Positions 29,205-39,760 of a DNA stretch of 64,000 bases are shown one piece after another. Numbering within the stretch: the stretch's first letter is position 1; the number at the start of each line of letters is the position of its first letter. Source of the DNA: an uncultured Rhodothermales bacterium (lineage in GTDB: Bacteria; Bacteroidota; Rhodothermia; Rhodothermales; JABDKH01); assembly GCA_965367755.1 (NCBI GenBank), contig CBDUKH010000002.1:21471-85470 (forward strand). The letters run 5' to 3'. The translations under genes and the position numbers were made by a program. Under the pieces are notes generated by a model. The model did not search any database, had not been told where the DNA came from, and was given only the letters and a program-made list of their open reading frames with translations.

Positions 29205-31469
29205 TTGAAGATGGCAACGAGTAGTACCACTCAAGCAGGACAATCGAGCGAAACGTCTGGCCACGGTTTCGGAACGCTCCCTGTTTTCCTCGCGGGCATC
29301 AGCACCATCCTTGGTGCTATCATGTTCCTGCGCTTCGGCTATGCGGTCGGACACGCAGGACTGATCGGTGCGTTCGCCATCATCCTTATTGGTCACCTGG
29401 TAACGATACCGACTGCACTCGCCCTGGCCGAAATTGCCACCAACCGCAAAGTCGAGGGTGGTGGAGAGTACTTTATTATTTCCCGATCGTTTGGAAAGAC
29501 AATCGGCTCGGTAATCGGTATTTCCCTGTATCTGTCGCAGGCTATCTCCGTTGCCTTCTACATGATTGCGTTTGCAGAAGCATTTCGCCCGATCGCACCG
29601 TGGTTTGAAAATTTTGCCGGCATTGGGTTCGACCCACGTTTTGTATCCATACCCGCTACCCTTGCCCTGATTGGGCTTGTGCTGACGAAGGGTGCCGATC
29701 TCGGCGTCAAGGCACTCTATATCGTCGTTAGTGTTCTGCTCGTCTCGCTAGTAATGTTTTTCGCCGGCGGACCAGTAGACGGTTTCGACCCGGCTACGGC
29801 CACAATCAATGCCAAGACTCCCGATGCAGATCCCTTCTTTGTCGTCTTTGCCATCTGCTTTCCTGCTTTCACCGGGATGACCGCCGGAGTTGGATTGTCT
29901 GGCGACCTTGCGAACCCGAGGAAGTCGATTCCCCGCGGTACGCTCGCAGCGACTATCGTGGGCATGGTTGTCTACGTTGCCATTGTTATTAAGCTGGCGA
30001 CGTCCGCTCCTACCGCGATGCTAGCCGATGAGCCGCTTGTCATGGGCGACATCGCCCTCTGGTCGCCGATCATTCCGATCGGCCTCGGCTGCGCTACACT
30101 TTCGTCTGCTATCGGATCAATTCTCGTCGCCCCCCGAACGCTACAGGCTATCGGTGCCGACCGTAATCTGCCACTTTCCAAAATCAATGGCTGGCTTGCC
30201 AGTGGCATCGGTTCGGTGAATGAACCGCGCAATACGACACTCGTAACCGGAGGCTTTGCGCTCGCTATCGTTCTTCTGGGTAATGTCGACTTCGTTGCAC
30301 GCCTCATCTCCATGTTCTTCATGGTAACTTACGGAGCTCTCTGCGCTATCAGTTTCCTCGAACATTTTGCCGCCAGGCCCAGCTATCGACCCAGCTTCCG
30401 GTCGCGATGGTATGTAAGTCTCTTCGGTGCGCTGATGTGTCTGTTCATGATGTTTCAGATGGATCCTGTTTTTGCCATCCTCGCAATTCTCGTGATGGCC
30501 ATGCTCTATTTAGTCGTCGTTAGAACGTCGGGAGCAAAGGGTGGAGACCTCGCGGAAATGTTTGAGGGCGTGATGACTCAGCTTACCAGGTATTTGCAGA
30601 TTCGACTCCAACCGCGTCGGTCTCGTATCGCGATCCGTGAATGGCGCCCGAGTGTAATCATGGTCGATAGTCGAACGTTCGATCGCCGCTCTCCGCTCGA
30701 GTTTTTGCGCTGGCTGTGCCATCGACATGGCTTCGGGACGTACCTGCACATGATCCCCGGTGTGCTAAACGCCGAATCGTTACGACAATCGCGGGTCGTC
30801 AAAGAGAAACTTATCCGTCTGGCAAGAGATCAGAATTCCACGGTGTACATGGATACCATCGTGAGCCCGTCCATGATCTCTGCCCTTGCTCAGAGTCTAC
30901 AGGTTCCGGGTGTTTCGGGTTTGCCAAACAACACAGTCATGTTTGAATTCTCCGAGCACGATGGAGAAAATGTACTGAAAGAAGTTGTTGAGAGTGCACT
31001 CTTTGCAGCCGAAACGCGTAAGACATTGTTGGTACTGAGACACGGTGATCTTCACTTTGGCGAGAAGAAAAAAATACACATCTGGCTGAGCTGGAACGAC
31101 CAGAGCAACGCCAACTCGATGATCTTGCTGAGCTACATTCTTCTTGGCCATCCTGACTGGACTCATGCCGAGATAAGCGTCTATGCCGCTCTGCCACGCG
31201 ACCAGGTCAATGAACAAAAAGAGGACTTCAAGAAACTCATCACGGAGGGCCGGCTTCCAGTTGCGGAAAGCAATGTCCGCTTCCTCTCTGTCGACGACGT
31301 TGAATCATTTCGAAAGCTTGTTGCTCGATTGTCCGCTGAAGCGGACCTCGTGTTGATAGGCTTTAATCTTGGCGGCTTGAAAACACGCAAGGAAGAAGTA
31401 TTTTTAAATCATCCGTCACTCTCTGACGTTTTGTTCGTACACGCTCCGCATGAAATAGCCATCGAGTAA
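29205..31469 (+). CDS. cation-chloride cotransporter-like APC-superfamily permease with a large cytoplasmic C-terminal domain
   Basis: 754 aa. An N-terminal half with about 12 TM segments (FGTLPVFLAGISTILGAIMFLRFGY, as in SLC12-type carriers) plus a soluble C-terminal domain of about 270 aa. Confidence 0.7.
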   Translation: MKMATSSTTQAGQSSETSGHGFGTLPVFLAGISTILGAIMFLRFGYAVGHAGLIGAFAIILIGHLVTIPTALALAEIATNRKVEGGGEYFIISRSFGKTIGSVIGISLYLSQAISVAFYMIAFAEAFRPIAPWFENFAGIGFDPRFVSIPATLALIGLVLTKGADLGVKALYIVVSVLLVSLVMFFAGGPVDGFDPATATINAKTPDADPFFVVFAICFPAFTGMTAGVGLSGDLANPRKSIPRGTLAATIVGMVVYVAIVIKLATSAPTAMLADEPLVMGDIALWSPIIPIGLGCATLSSAIGSILVAPRTLQAIGADRNLPLSKINGWLASGIGSVNEPRNTTLVTGGFALAIVLLGNVDFVARLISMFFMVTYGALCAISFLEHFAARPSYRPSFRSRWYVSLFGALMCLFMMFQMDPVFAILAILVMAMLYLVVVRTSGAKGGDLAEMFEGVMTQLTRYLQIRLQPRRSRIAIREWRPSVIMVDSRTFDRRSPLEFLRWLCHRHGFGTYLHMIPGVLNAESLRQSRVVKEKLIRLARDQNSTVYMDTIVSPSMISALAQSLQVPGVSGLPNNTVMFEFSEHDGENVLKEVVESALFAAETRKTLLVLRHGDLHFGEKKKIHIWLSWNDQSNANSMILLSYILLGHPDWTHAEISVYAALPRDQVNEQKEDFKKLITEGRLPVAESNVRFLSVDDVESFRKLVARLSAEADLVLIGFNLGGLKTRKEEVFLNHPSLSDVLFVHAPHEIAIE

Positions 31470-31485
31470 TAACAGCAACAGAATC

Positions 31486-31989
31486 ATGTTTAAGAAACCG
31501 ACCTCCATTTCAATTATCATCGTTACAGCACTGCTCATCGGAAGTGGTTTTGGCTGTGCAAATGCTCAATCACAATCGTCTGAAACGGCTGTTCGAGCAG
31601 TAATCGACAACCTTTTTGACGCGATGAGAAAAGGTGATGGAACGGCGGTAGGAGACCTCTTCCACAGTTCTGCCAGGTTGAGTTCGATAGGTGTCAGGGA
31701 GGGGCAACCGTTCATCCAGGTTTCTGCAATAAGTGACTTCGTCAATGCCGTGGGTTCACCACATGACGAGGTTTGGGATGAGCGTATTTGGGATGTTGAA
31801 ATCAAGGTAGATGGCAACATGGCGTCAGCCTGGGTGCCGTATGCTTTTTATCTCGGTGATTCGTTTTCACACTGTGGTGTCAACAGCATTACCTTCTTTA
31901 ACGGCACTGATGGTTGGCAGATGACCTCGATCACCGATACCCGACGACAGAACGATTGTGGTATTCCTCCGGAAGTTGCCGGACAATAG
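31486..31989 (+). CDS. secreted NTF2/SnoaL-like (DUF4440-type) protein
   Basis: Signal peptide and a lipobox-like GSGFGC. AVRAVIDNLFDAMRKGD is a typical NTF2-like opening helix, 167 aa. Confidence 0.5.
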   Translation: MFKKPTSISIIIVTALLIGSGFGCANAQSQSSETAVRAVIDNLFDAMRKGDGTAVGDLFHSSARLSSIGVREGQPFIQVSAISDFVNAVGSPHDEVWDERIWDVEIKVDGNMASAWVPYAFYLGDSFSHCGVNSITFFNGTDGWQMTSITDTRRQNDCGIPPEVAGQ

Positions 31990-32010
31990 ATATCTACTTG
32001 TGGAAATTCA

Positions 32011-32047
32011 AAAAAGGGGGTGCAGTTCGCTGCATCCCCTTTTTTGT
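32011..32047. terminator. bidirectional Rho-independent terminator between convergent genes
   Basis: aaaaaa-gggggtgcag-ttcg-ctgcatcccc-tttttt: a GC-rich 10-bp stem flanked by an A run and a T run. Confidence 0.8.
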
Positions 32048-32146
32048 TTGAGTCGATTCGCAGTTTACGTTCGCACTCCAACAGTGACACGACTCCGGGA
32101 TGATTGTCGTCGATCATGTTTTTAATTGAAATCCTGCGCGGATGTC

Positions 32147-34285
32147 TTATTCAAAATCCTCGACTAACATCAAGTCGCTATTCCGGCTCTCCATCTGCCC
32201 GAACAGTAGCCACTTTCCATCTGTAGAAACCGTAAACGAAGGATCCATTCCCGGGACATGCTTCGCCGGTGTAAAGAGCGTATCCGTTCTGCTTGTCGCA
32301 AGGTCGTAGAACGCAAGCACGGTCGGGTTGCCTCTACTGACGTAGAAAACTCCTTCGCCACTGACTTCCCAACTCCCCCAGTCGCGTGGATCGAAGTCGT
32401 CGATGATTCGCGTTGCGGAACCTCCTGTTGCCGGAGTTCGCCATAAACCTGTTTCGTTGTGCCGCGTATGGTAGATCCACTTTTTATCAGGAGACTCTTT
32501 CGGTCCGAAGCCTCCGCCAGTCATTACCATGGTAGCATCCCCGCCCTCGGAAGGCATTTTCCAAACCTCCCATGAGCCGCTACGATTAGAACTAAAATAA
32601 ATCGACTTGCCATCCCGGGACAAACTTGCCGCCATTTCATCGGATGGATCTGATGTCAGCCGGCGTGGCATGGTCCCTTCTGCCTCGATGATGTACAGAT
32701 CAGCCTGGCCTCCAGGTCGTGAAGTGAACACCAGACGTGTGCCATCCGGTGACCACCGCGGCGTACTCGTAAACGGCCCACCGAACGATGTCAACCGCAT
32801 CGCCTCGCCACCGTCGCTGTCGCTTGTCCAGATTTCAAAGGAGCCCGATCGATTGGAAGTAAACGCAATCTTTGATGCATCCGGAGAAAACGCTGGATGT
32901 AGGTCCCATTTTGTTGAGGCAATAACTGGCGCGGCACTATCCGGCTGGTCGACGCGCATCCGCCAGATATTTGTCTCACTCGAGTGATTGACGTAACCGA
33001 GTCGATTACCCTGCCTTGAGATATCAGGGAAAAGTGCCTGCCCATCGACCAGGCCCAACCATCGCGGCTCGCCACCTGAAATGTCAAGCTCCCATAGACC
33101 GGCGCGCCCGGTTCGATTGGAAGAGAAAACAAGATGCTCACCATCAGGCTTCCATGTATGACCCAGAATATTCCGACTATCGCTAGTCAGCCTTTGTTCA
33201 TTGTTGCCATCCACGGATATCAAATAGATATCTTGCATGCCTTCGCTAACACTGCGAGTGAAGCTCAACTGCCCACCGTCCGGCGAGAATGCAGGGTCAT
33301 GGTCTCCCCAAAAATCAGATCGCGGCGCTGTGAGTTTCCTCTTTTCGAGTGTCGTGGGCGAGAGCAAATAGAGTCCATACGCGTCTCCAGGCGACTCCTT
33401 GTCATTGAATGCTAGCCACGCACCATCGGGTGACCAGGCCAGGTCGCCGTAGATGTTCGATCCGCACGATGCAATTTTTTGCGAGGGTCCGCCGAGAGCT
33501 GAGACAATGTAAATTGAGCACCCATCCGTGTCACTCTGCATATATGCGATTTGTGATCCGTCTGGTGACCATGCCGGGTTGTGATCGTGGGCTGGATTAT
33601 CGGTCAGTCGGAGCGGCGTCTCCGAGCCAACCAGTTTCACATAAATGTCTTGATTGTCGTTCTCAGTGCCACCCCACGTGAAAGCGATTTGGCGTCCGTT
33701 CGGAGAGAACGTGAGACCACCTTCCGAACCGGGAAAGGAGGTTAGGGGAATCGGCTGATACACCGCTTGTTTGGGTGTATCATTTCGCTGTGCGAATACT
33801 ACTGCCCCCGCAATAATGATTGCAACCACAACCAGGCTCCACAAGACGACAGGGGCCCGCCGTGCAGGTGCGGGTGCAGCAGCGACGGTTTTTTGAGTTT
33901 CAGTCGAAACCAGTTCCAGTGCGGGTACGTGAGGCGGGACACTGTCACCTCGATAGTCCGGAACGACGGGAGCAATCAATCGATAGCCCGTCTTGGGAAT
34001 CGTCTCTATGACTTCGGAACGTCGCGGGTCATCACCAAAAACTTTTCGAAGCTCCGATATCGAGCGCGTGAGTACATCGTCGGACACTATCGTTCCTTCC
34101 CAGACGATGCTGAAAAGCTCTTCACGGGTGACAACCTCGCCTGCGTTCGCAGCCAGGCATCGAAGAACGTCCATCATCTTAGGTTCGATTCGGGTAACTC
34201 CCTCTGGCCCCCGAATACGATTCTGCCGCGGTTGGACCAGGCACTCACCAATGTAGAAAGGATCTTCCAACTCAGGCCGTATCAC
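32147..34285 (-). CDS. ToxR/CadC-like transmembrane transcriptional regulator with a periplasmic TolB-like PD40 beta-propeller region
   Basis: N-terminal OmpR/CadC-type wHTH (EPKMMDVLRCLAANAGEVVTREELFSIVWEG...IETIPKTGYRL), a single TM (VVLWSLVVVAIIIAGAVVFA), then many PD40 units (P.(F/W)SPDG..(I/L)AF.S.R.G...I(W/Y)). Confidence 0.8.
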   Translation of the reverse strand: MIRPELEDPFYIGECLVQPRQNRIRGPEGVTRIEPKMMDVLRCLAANAGEVVTREELFSIVWEGTIVSDDVLTRSISELRKVFGDDPRRSEVIETIPKTGYRLIAPVVPDYRGDSVPPHVPALELVSTETQKTVAAAPAPARRAPVVLWSLVVVAIIIAGAVVFAQRNDTPKQAVYQPIPLTSFPGSEGGLTFSPNGRQIAFTWGGTENDNQDIYVKLVGSETPLRLTDNPAHDHNPAWSPDGSQIAYMQSDTDGCSIYIVSALGGPSQKIASCGSNIYGDLAWSPDGAWLAFNDKESPGDAYGLYLLSPTTLEKRKLTAPRSDFWGDHDPAFSPDGGQLSFTRSVSEGMQDIYLISVDGNNEQRLTSDSRNILGHTWKPDGEHLVFSSNRTGRAGLWELDISGGEPRWLGLVDGQALFPDISRQGNRLGYVNHSSETNIWRMRVDQPDSAAPVIASTKWDLHPAFSPDASKIAFTSNRSGSFEIWTSDSDGGEAMRLTSFGGPFTSTPRWSPDGTRLVFTSRPGGQADLYIIEAEGTMPRRLTSDPSDEMAASLSRDGKSIYFSSNRSGSWEVWKMPSEGGDATMVMTGGGFGPKESPDKKWIYHTRHNETGLWRTPATGGSATRIIDDFDPRDWGSWEVSGEGVFYVSRGNPTVLAFYDLATSRTDTLFTPAKHVPGMDPSFTVSTDGKWLLFGQMESRNSDLMLVEDFE

Positions 34286-34492
34286 ATTTCAGGATCAGAT
34301 AAGAAGTTGTATCAGACGCACGTCTGGGGATCAAAAATACGAAACCCTGTCCTTCCGGTTGCCGCGCGATCGCCAAAATGTCCTTGTTTAGCAATCTTAT
34401 AGGAAAACCTCAGTTTTTTTTCGTGTCCTGACACCACATCATGTCGTACATAACGGGAAGATTGATCATTTAACTTTGATGCAGAGAAAACA

Positions 34493-36643
34493 ATGAATCG
34501 CCGGTCCTTCCATTTCATATTATGCTCTCTCGTCTTCGCGATACTCATTCAGTGTCGCACATCAGCCCAGTCAATTGACTATCCGGAGGCACGTCGCGCA
34601 GATCAGGTAGATACCTATCATGGTATCACTGTTTCCGATCCGTATCGATGGATGGAGGACCTGACATCTCCGGAGCTGCATAGCTGGCTCCAGGCTCAAG
34701 ATGAGCATACCACCGAATATCTTGACAATACGAGACTTGCAAAATGGATTCAGGAGCGCATTCGTGTCACTACAAGCTTTTCCAGAGAAACCACGCCTAC
34801 CCGTCGCGGTGACAACACGTTTGTAACGAGGATAAAAGCGGATGAGTCGTATGGAGCTCTGTACGTTTATCAAAAAAATCGGTCTGACTCACGCAAGTTG
34901 TTAGACTTCGAGATCTTGCGCAAACGTGGCAATGTTTTCGTTAACTCGTACAGCCCGGCAGGAAAGTATTTGACCTATTATACGACCGAGGGTCAGTCTC
35001 GCTGGATGCATGCGCACGTACTTCGCGTTGTTGATGGAGTCACACTCGACGATGATCTTACAGGCATATACACGGGCGGCAGCAGCGTAGCTTGGACCGT
35101 GGACGAAAAGGGTTTTTTCTATACCCGCTACCCGGTGCCCGACTTACAAAACGACCCGTTGGGAAGGCCGCAGATATACTATCACGTGGTGGGGACTCCA
35201 CAGGCTAGTGACCGTCTCGTTTACGAACGGAAGAACGACCCGAATCTTACCTTCTCACTCAGGGTCACGCATGATGGTCGGTATCTCATAATTGAGGCGT
35301 CTGAAAGTGGAGGATCCTTCAATGGGACGTACGACCGTATTTTTTTTAAGGACCTTCACTCACCTGCGTCTTCTGTTCGAGAACTTTTCCCTGGCCTCGA
35401 GGCGGCTGTCGCATTTGAGGGAAGTGTTGGCGGCGACTTCTGGATCCGGACATCGCACGAAGCTCCGCAGTTGCGAGTAGTGCGGGTCAATCCCGAACAG
35501 TCAGATCCGAGCCATTGGAAAGAAATCATCCCGAACGATCCTGCAGCAATACAGGCTGTCAGCGAAATTGGAGATCGACTTGTGTTGCAGTACGTAAAGG
35601 ATGCGCGGACTCTCGCACGGGTATTTGATTTCGAGGGTGCATTGAAGTATGAGATTGATCACACCTCACCGTCGATGTCGGGTTTTTCGGACGACCCGAG
35701 CAGCCCCTTAACATATTATACTGCTTCACAGCTATACGACCCTGGAACCATCTATCGACTTAACGTCGAAACTGGTGAGAAGGAGATATTTTTTCGTCCG
35801 ACGCTCCAATACGATCCTGAAGATTTTGTTACCGAGCAGGTGTTTTTTGACAGCAAGGATGGCACACGCGTACCGATGTTCTTGTTGTACAAAAAGGGAC
35901 TCACACGAGATGGTACCAATCCAGTTTTCATGTATGCCTATGGTGCGTGGGCGTGGTCAGCATTTCCCTGGCAGACGTATATGTTGCCGTGGATGGAAAT
36001 GGGCGGAATTTATGCCGTCGCTAATATCAGGGGTGGTGGCGAATACGGCGAGGGATGGCACCAGGCTGGTATCAGGCATAATAAGCAAAACGGTATTGAT
36101 GACTTTATCGCCGGCGCGGAGTGGCTAATTGAGAACCACTACACATCGTCGCAGCGCCTTGTTGGAAACGGAGGCAGTGCGAGTGGTGTAGTCCCCGCGG
36201 CAGCAGCAATCCAACGCCCTGATCTTTTTGGTGTCAGCGTGATCAATTTTCCCACACTGGATCAAATTCGATATATAGAGTTCGGCTCTGCAAACTCGTG
36301 GATTCCTGAATTCGGAACGCCCGAGGATCCGGACGACTTCGCCGCCCTGTATGCATATTCTCCATATCACAACCTGGAGCCGGGCGTGTGCTACCCTCCT
36401 ACATGGATACAGGTAGGAGAAAAGGACGAGACGACTACTCCGATGCACGGTTACAAGTTTGCTGCGGCCCTGCAACACATCCAGAGCTGCAACAACCCTG
36501 TGCTACTGAAAACTGTTTGGGGAGCAGGGCACAGCTACGGACTTACGCCGGAACAAAGTCGCGAAACTCAATCCCATGAGTTGGCTTTCGTTGTTAAGGT
36601 TCTAGGATTAGACGTATCTCGTGTCCTGACGGAAAATTTCTGA
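34493..36643 (+). CDS. prolyl oligopeptidase family (S9A) serine peptidase, secreted
   Basis: Signal peptide, DPYRWMED N-terminal motif, beta-propeller region, catalytic domain with the GGSASG nucleophile elbow and GAGH near the C-terminus. Confidence 0.88.
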   Translation: MNRRSFHFILCSLVFAILIQCRTSAQSIDYPEARRADQVDTYHGITVSDPYRWMEDLTSPELHSWLQAQDEHTTEYLDNTRLAKWIQERIRVTTSFSRETTPTRRGDNTFVTRIKADESYGALYVYQKNRSDSRKLLDFEILRKRGNVFVNSYSPAGKYLTYYTTEGQSRWMHAHVLRVVDGVTLDDDLTGIYTGGSSVAWTVDEKGFFYTRYPVPDLQNDPLGRPQIYYHVVGTPQASDRLVYERKNDPNLTFSLRVTHDGRYLIIEASESGGSFNGTYDRIFFKDLHSPASSVRELFPGLEAAVAFEGSVGGDFWIRTSHEAPQLRVVRVNPEQSDPSHWKEIIPNDPAAIQAVSEIGDRLVLQYVKDARTLARVFDFEGALKYEIDHTSPSMSGFSDDPSSPLTYYTASQLYDPGTIYRLNVETGEKEIFFRPTLQYDPEDFVTEQVFFDSKDGTRVPMFLLYKKGLTRDGTNPVFMYAYGAWAWSAFPWQTYMLPWMEMGGIYAVANIRGGGEYGEGWHQAGIRHNKQNGIDDFIAGAEWLIENHYTSSQRLVGNGGSASGVVPAAAAIQRPDLFGVSVINFPTLDQIRYIEFGSANSWIPEFGTPEDPDDFAALYAYSPYHNLEPGVCYPPTWIQVGEKDETTTPMHGYKFAAALQHIQSCNNPVLLKTVWGAGHSYGLTPEQSRETQSHELAFVVKVLGLDVSRVLTENF

Positions 36644-36738
36644 CAAGCACCTGGTCAATGAAGTTAAACGTTGCTCTTTTAGCCTGGCGTCGACCCTATC
36701 GATTACGGTATTGGCACGATCCAGGAGGCACTCGTCGA

Positions 36739-38109
36739 TCAAGTAAACGCGCTCTCACCAGTGATTGCCCGCCCGACGATCAGACTGTTGATTTGTTTGG
36801 TACCCTCGTACGAATACAGGGCCTCTGCATCCCCGAGGAATCGAGCGACGTTCTCCGAGATCAAGATCCCGTTCCCTCCCATCAGCTCGCGAGACATGCT
36901 CGTAACCTGCTTGCAACTTACCGTACAGAAGACCTTCGCAAGCGAGGCCTGCTCGTCCGACATCCTGCCTTCGTCAAGCAAACTGCTTAACCTGGCAACC
37001 ATCGTCTGCATTGCGGTGATATGAGATAGCATTTGCGTCAGCAGGTCCTGCGTCATCTGAAATCCGGCAATAGGGCGGCCGAATTGTTTTCTTTCCATTA
37101 CGTACTTGAGGGTGTTCTCATAGGCTCCACGTGCACATCCTACAGCCTGCCAGGCCACTCCAGCGCGCGTAAGTTTGAGAACCCTTGCGGTGTCTTTAAA
37201 TGAGTTTGCATTCTGGAGTCGACGAGCTTCAGAGACCTTCACGTCTTCCATAGTTATAAGCGCATTCTGAACAATGCGCAGTGCAATTTTGTCTTCTATT
37301 TTTTCGGTTGTTAGCCCGGGCGTTTCTCGGTCGACGATAAATCCTTTTACCTGATGATCTTCTTCGTCTCGGGCCCAGATAATAATATGGTCCGAGAACG
37401 TGGCATTCCCGATCCACTTCTTTTGACCGTTCAAGGTCCACGTGTCGCCATCACGCTGACATGAAGTCTGCATCCCCATTGATATCGCAGAGCCAACCTC
37501 AGGCTCTGTCAGGCCGAAGGCACCGATCTTCTCAAGTCGCGCCATTGGAGGCAGAAATTCCTTCTTCTGATCTTCCGAGCCGCACAGGTAAATGGAGTTC
37601 ATGGCCAGTCCTGAATGAACTCCGAAAAATGTGCAGATAGATACGTCTGTCCGGGCAATCTCTGCTCCTATCATCCCGTCCAGGAGATTCGACCGGCCGT
37701 GGCCGCCATACTCTTCCGGGAGTGCTATTCCACAGATGTTGAGGTTCTTGAGGCCATCGAGTACCTGGAAAGGGAATTCTCCTTTCATCCAATACTCTGT
37801 TACGATTGGTGCTACTTCGGCCTGCATGAATTCGCGAACCTCGTCAATCTTTGCGCGATCCTCAGCATCCAGAAAGGATGCCGTGTCATAAAAATCCGCG
37901 TTGATGGGTGGTCGTTTGGGATTCCGTCTCTTCTTTATCTTTCGCGCCTGGTCAAGAAGGAGCATCATGTCTTCGCCGCTCATATCTCTTAAATACGAGA
38001 GTACACCAGGCAAATTCTTGATGGTGGCAAATTCTTTCTTGCGCCGCTTTTCAGCATCTTCAAACGATCGCTTGAGCTTCCCTCCGATGTCGTTCCAGAA
38101 TTTTTCCAT
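36739..38109 (-). CDS. acyl-CoA dehydrogenase (glutaryl-CoA dehydrogenase-like) with an N-terminal extension
   Basis: Acyl-CoA dehydrogenase-like regions (GAFGLTEPEVGS, KKWIGNA, MGGNGI...YEGT), 456 aa. Confidence 0.85.
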   Translation of the reverse strand: MEKFWNDIGGKLKRSFEDAEKRRKKEFATIKNLPGVLSYLRDMSGEDMMLLLDQARKIKKRRNPKRPPINADFYDTASFLDAEDRAKIDEVREFMQAEVAPIVTEYWMKGEFPFQVLDGLKNLNICGIALPEEYGGHGRSNLLDGMIGAEIARTDVSICTFFGVHSGLAMNSIYLCGSEDQKKEFLPPMARLEKIGAFGLTEPEVGSAISMGMQTSCQRDGDTWTLNGQKKWIGNATFSDHIIIWARDEEDHQVKGFIVDRETPGLTTEKIEDKIALRIVQNALITMEDVKVSEARRLQNANSFKDTARVLKLTRAGVAWQAVGCARGAYENTLKYVMERKQFGRPIAGFQMTQDLLTQMLSHITAMQTMVARLSSLLDEGRMSDEQASLAKVFCTVSCKQVTSMSRELMGGNGILISENVARFLGDAEALYSYEGTKQINSLIVGRAITGESAFT

Positions 38110-38290
38110 GTATCCTCGTAATGAAATTCAGTTCATACTGCGCGACTGATTATTCTTACGACTAAATCGAAGGAGAAGTCCCCGAATGGGATTGGATTTT
38201 GCAAAGGGACCCCGGACGCTCGTTAGCACCGTTGACTGATGTGACAAAATCTGTGATATTGGGCTTCCCTCATCAGATGCTAACATCGAT

Positions 38291-39721
38291 ATGAAATCGT
38301 TATTTGCCTTACTTGTCCTTTTTCTTTCGCTTTCAATTGTAAGATCGTCGGTCGGTCAGGACGCGATTGTTATCGACGGCGGTACGTTGATCGATGTTGT
38401 GACTGGAGGTATTAACCCTGATAGCAGAGTTGTCATTAATGGCGGTGTGATTACACACGTAGGCCGCGATGTAGATATTCCCGCCGGCGCGATGGTGATC
38501 GATGCTGCGGGAAAGTATATCATTCCAGGGCTTGCGGACATGCATGTTCACTTTAGTCTTGGGCTGCCTCAACCGCGGATTGATGATGAAACCAAGATAG
38601 TCCTGCACCGCTTACTGTATTACGGAGTAACTTCCGTGTTAAATCTGGGCGCGTCTGACGGGAGTTCGGACAATATCAAAACGTACCGCCAGTTGATTGA
38701 CGCCACCTCTATTGCCGGTCCATACATATACGGAACTGGTGGTCACATTAATATTCCCGGGACCCATCCTATAGAGACAATCTTTCCTCCCCATGTCCGT
38801 GATTTTGCAGACAAGCTTGTCCTGGAGACACCCCTGGATTCTCCGGCAGACCTAACCGCGATCGGCATCGCCATTTCACTTGTGCGGACGGAAGCCGCTG
38901 CCCGCAAAGCGGTTCGCGAACGTGCAACAGGAGGTATGAATGCCATTAAGATCACGATTGAGCGCGGTCCAACGGAGTTCGGCAATCACCATCCTATCAT
39001 GCCGGACTCAATTATTACCGCCATTGTAGATGAGGCGGAAAAATATGGTCTCCCTGTTTTTGCCCACGTATCTTCGCTCGTGGAATTTGAAGCTGCTCGC
39101 CGCTGCGGTGTCAGCGGTATTGTCCATGCCGTCGCCGAACCGCCATACCCATCGGTTTCTGCGATTGCGGAAATGGTTAGATCAAATTTCTATGTGATGC
39201 CTACACTGGCGCTATACGAAACGTTTATCCGGTACCTCGAGGACGAACAATTATTGAACGACTCGTTTCTACTGAACGCAATCACCGACAATGAGATTTC
39301 GATCTATCGTGATGCCGGATTCCTTGACGCCGTGCCGGAGGATTCGCTGAAACTATGGCGGTGGTACAATGAGCAAACCATTGCAAGCATTGGCGACATG
39401 CACGAGGCAGGCGTAAATATTGTCGCCGGAACTGACGTGGGGAATCCCATGGTATTTGCAGGCTGGGCGATCCACCTTGAACTCCAGAAGCTGGTTGACG
39501 CTGGGCTTAGTCCTCTCGAAGCGTTGCGGTCGGCAACAATTCGGGCTGCGGCAATGATCAGTAAAGAAATGGAGTTCGGGTCGATTGAAGTCGGAAAGCG
39601 TGGAGACGTGTTGATTCTAGATGCGAATCCTCTGGAGAATATTGCCAACACTAAACGGATCTCTACTGTAATCGCAAACGGACGTGTAGTCCAACGCGAT
39701 GCCCTGCAGATTTCTTTCTAA
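38291..39721 (+). CDS. secreted amidohydrolase-family metallohydrolase
   Basis: Signal peptide, GLADMHVHF (H-x-H metal site), a late GTD motif, and the C-terminal GKRGDVLILDANPLENI typical of the amidohydrolase superfamily. Confidence 0.8.
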   Translation: MKSLFALLVLFLSLSIVRSSVGQDAIVIDGGTLIDVVTGGINPDSRVVINGGVITHVGRDVDIPAGAMVIDAAGKYIIPGLADMHVHFSLGLPQPRIDDETKIVLHRLLYYGVTSVLNLGASDGSSDNIKTYRQLIDATSIAGPYIYGTGGHINIPGTHPIETIFPPHVRDFADKLVLETPLDSPADLTAIGIAISLVRTEAAARKAVRERATGGMNAIKITIERGPTEFGNHHPIMPDSIITAIVDEAEKYGLPVFAHVSSLVEFEAARRCGVSGIVHAVAEPPYPSVSAIAEMVRSNFYVMPTLALYETFIRYLEDEQLLNDSFLLNAITDNEISIYRDAGFLDAVPEDSLKLWRWYNEQTIASIGDMHEAGVNIVAGTDVGNPMVFAGWAIHLELQKLVDAGLSPLEALRSATIRAAAMISKEMEFGSIEVGKRGDVLILDANPLENIANTKRISTVIANGRVVQRDALQISF

Positions 39722-39760
39722 TCCAGAATCGACTTTGTGTTTCTGCAGTTAGCAGGTCGA

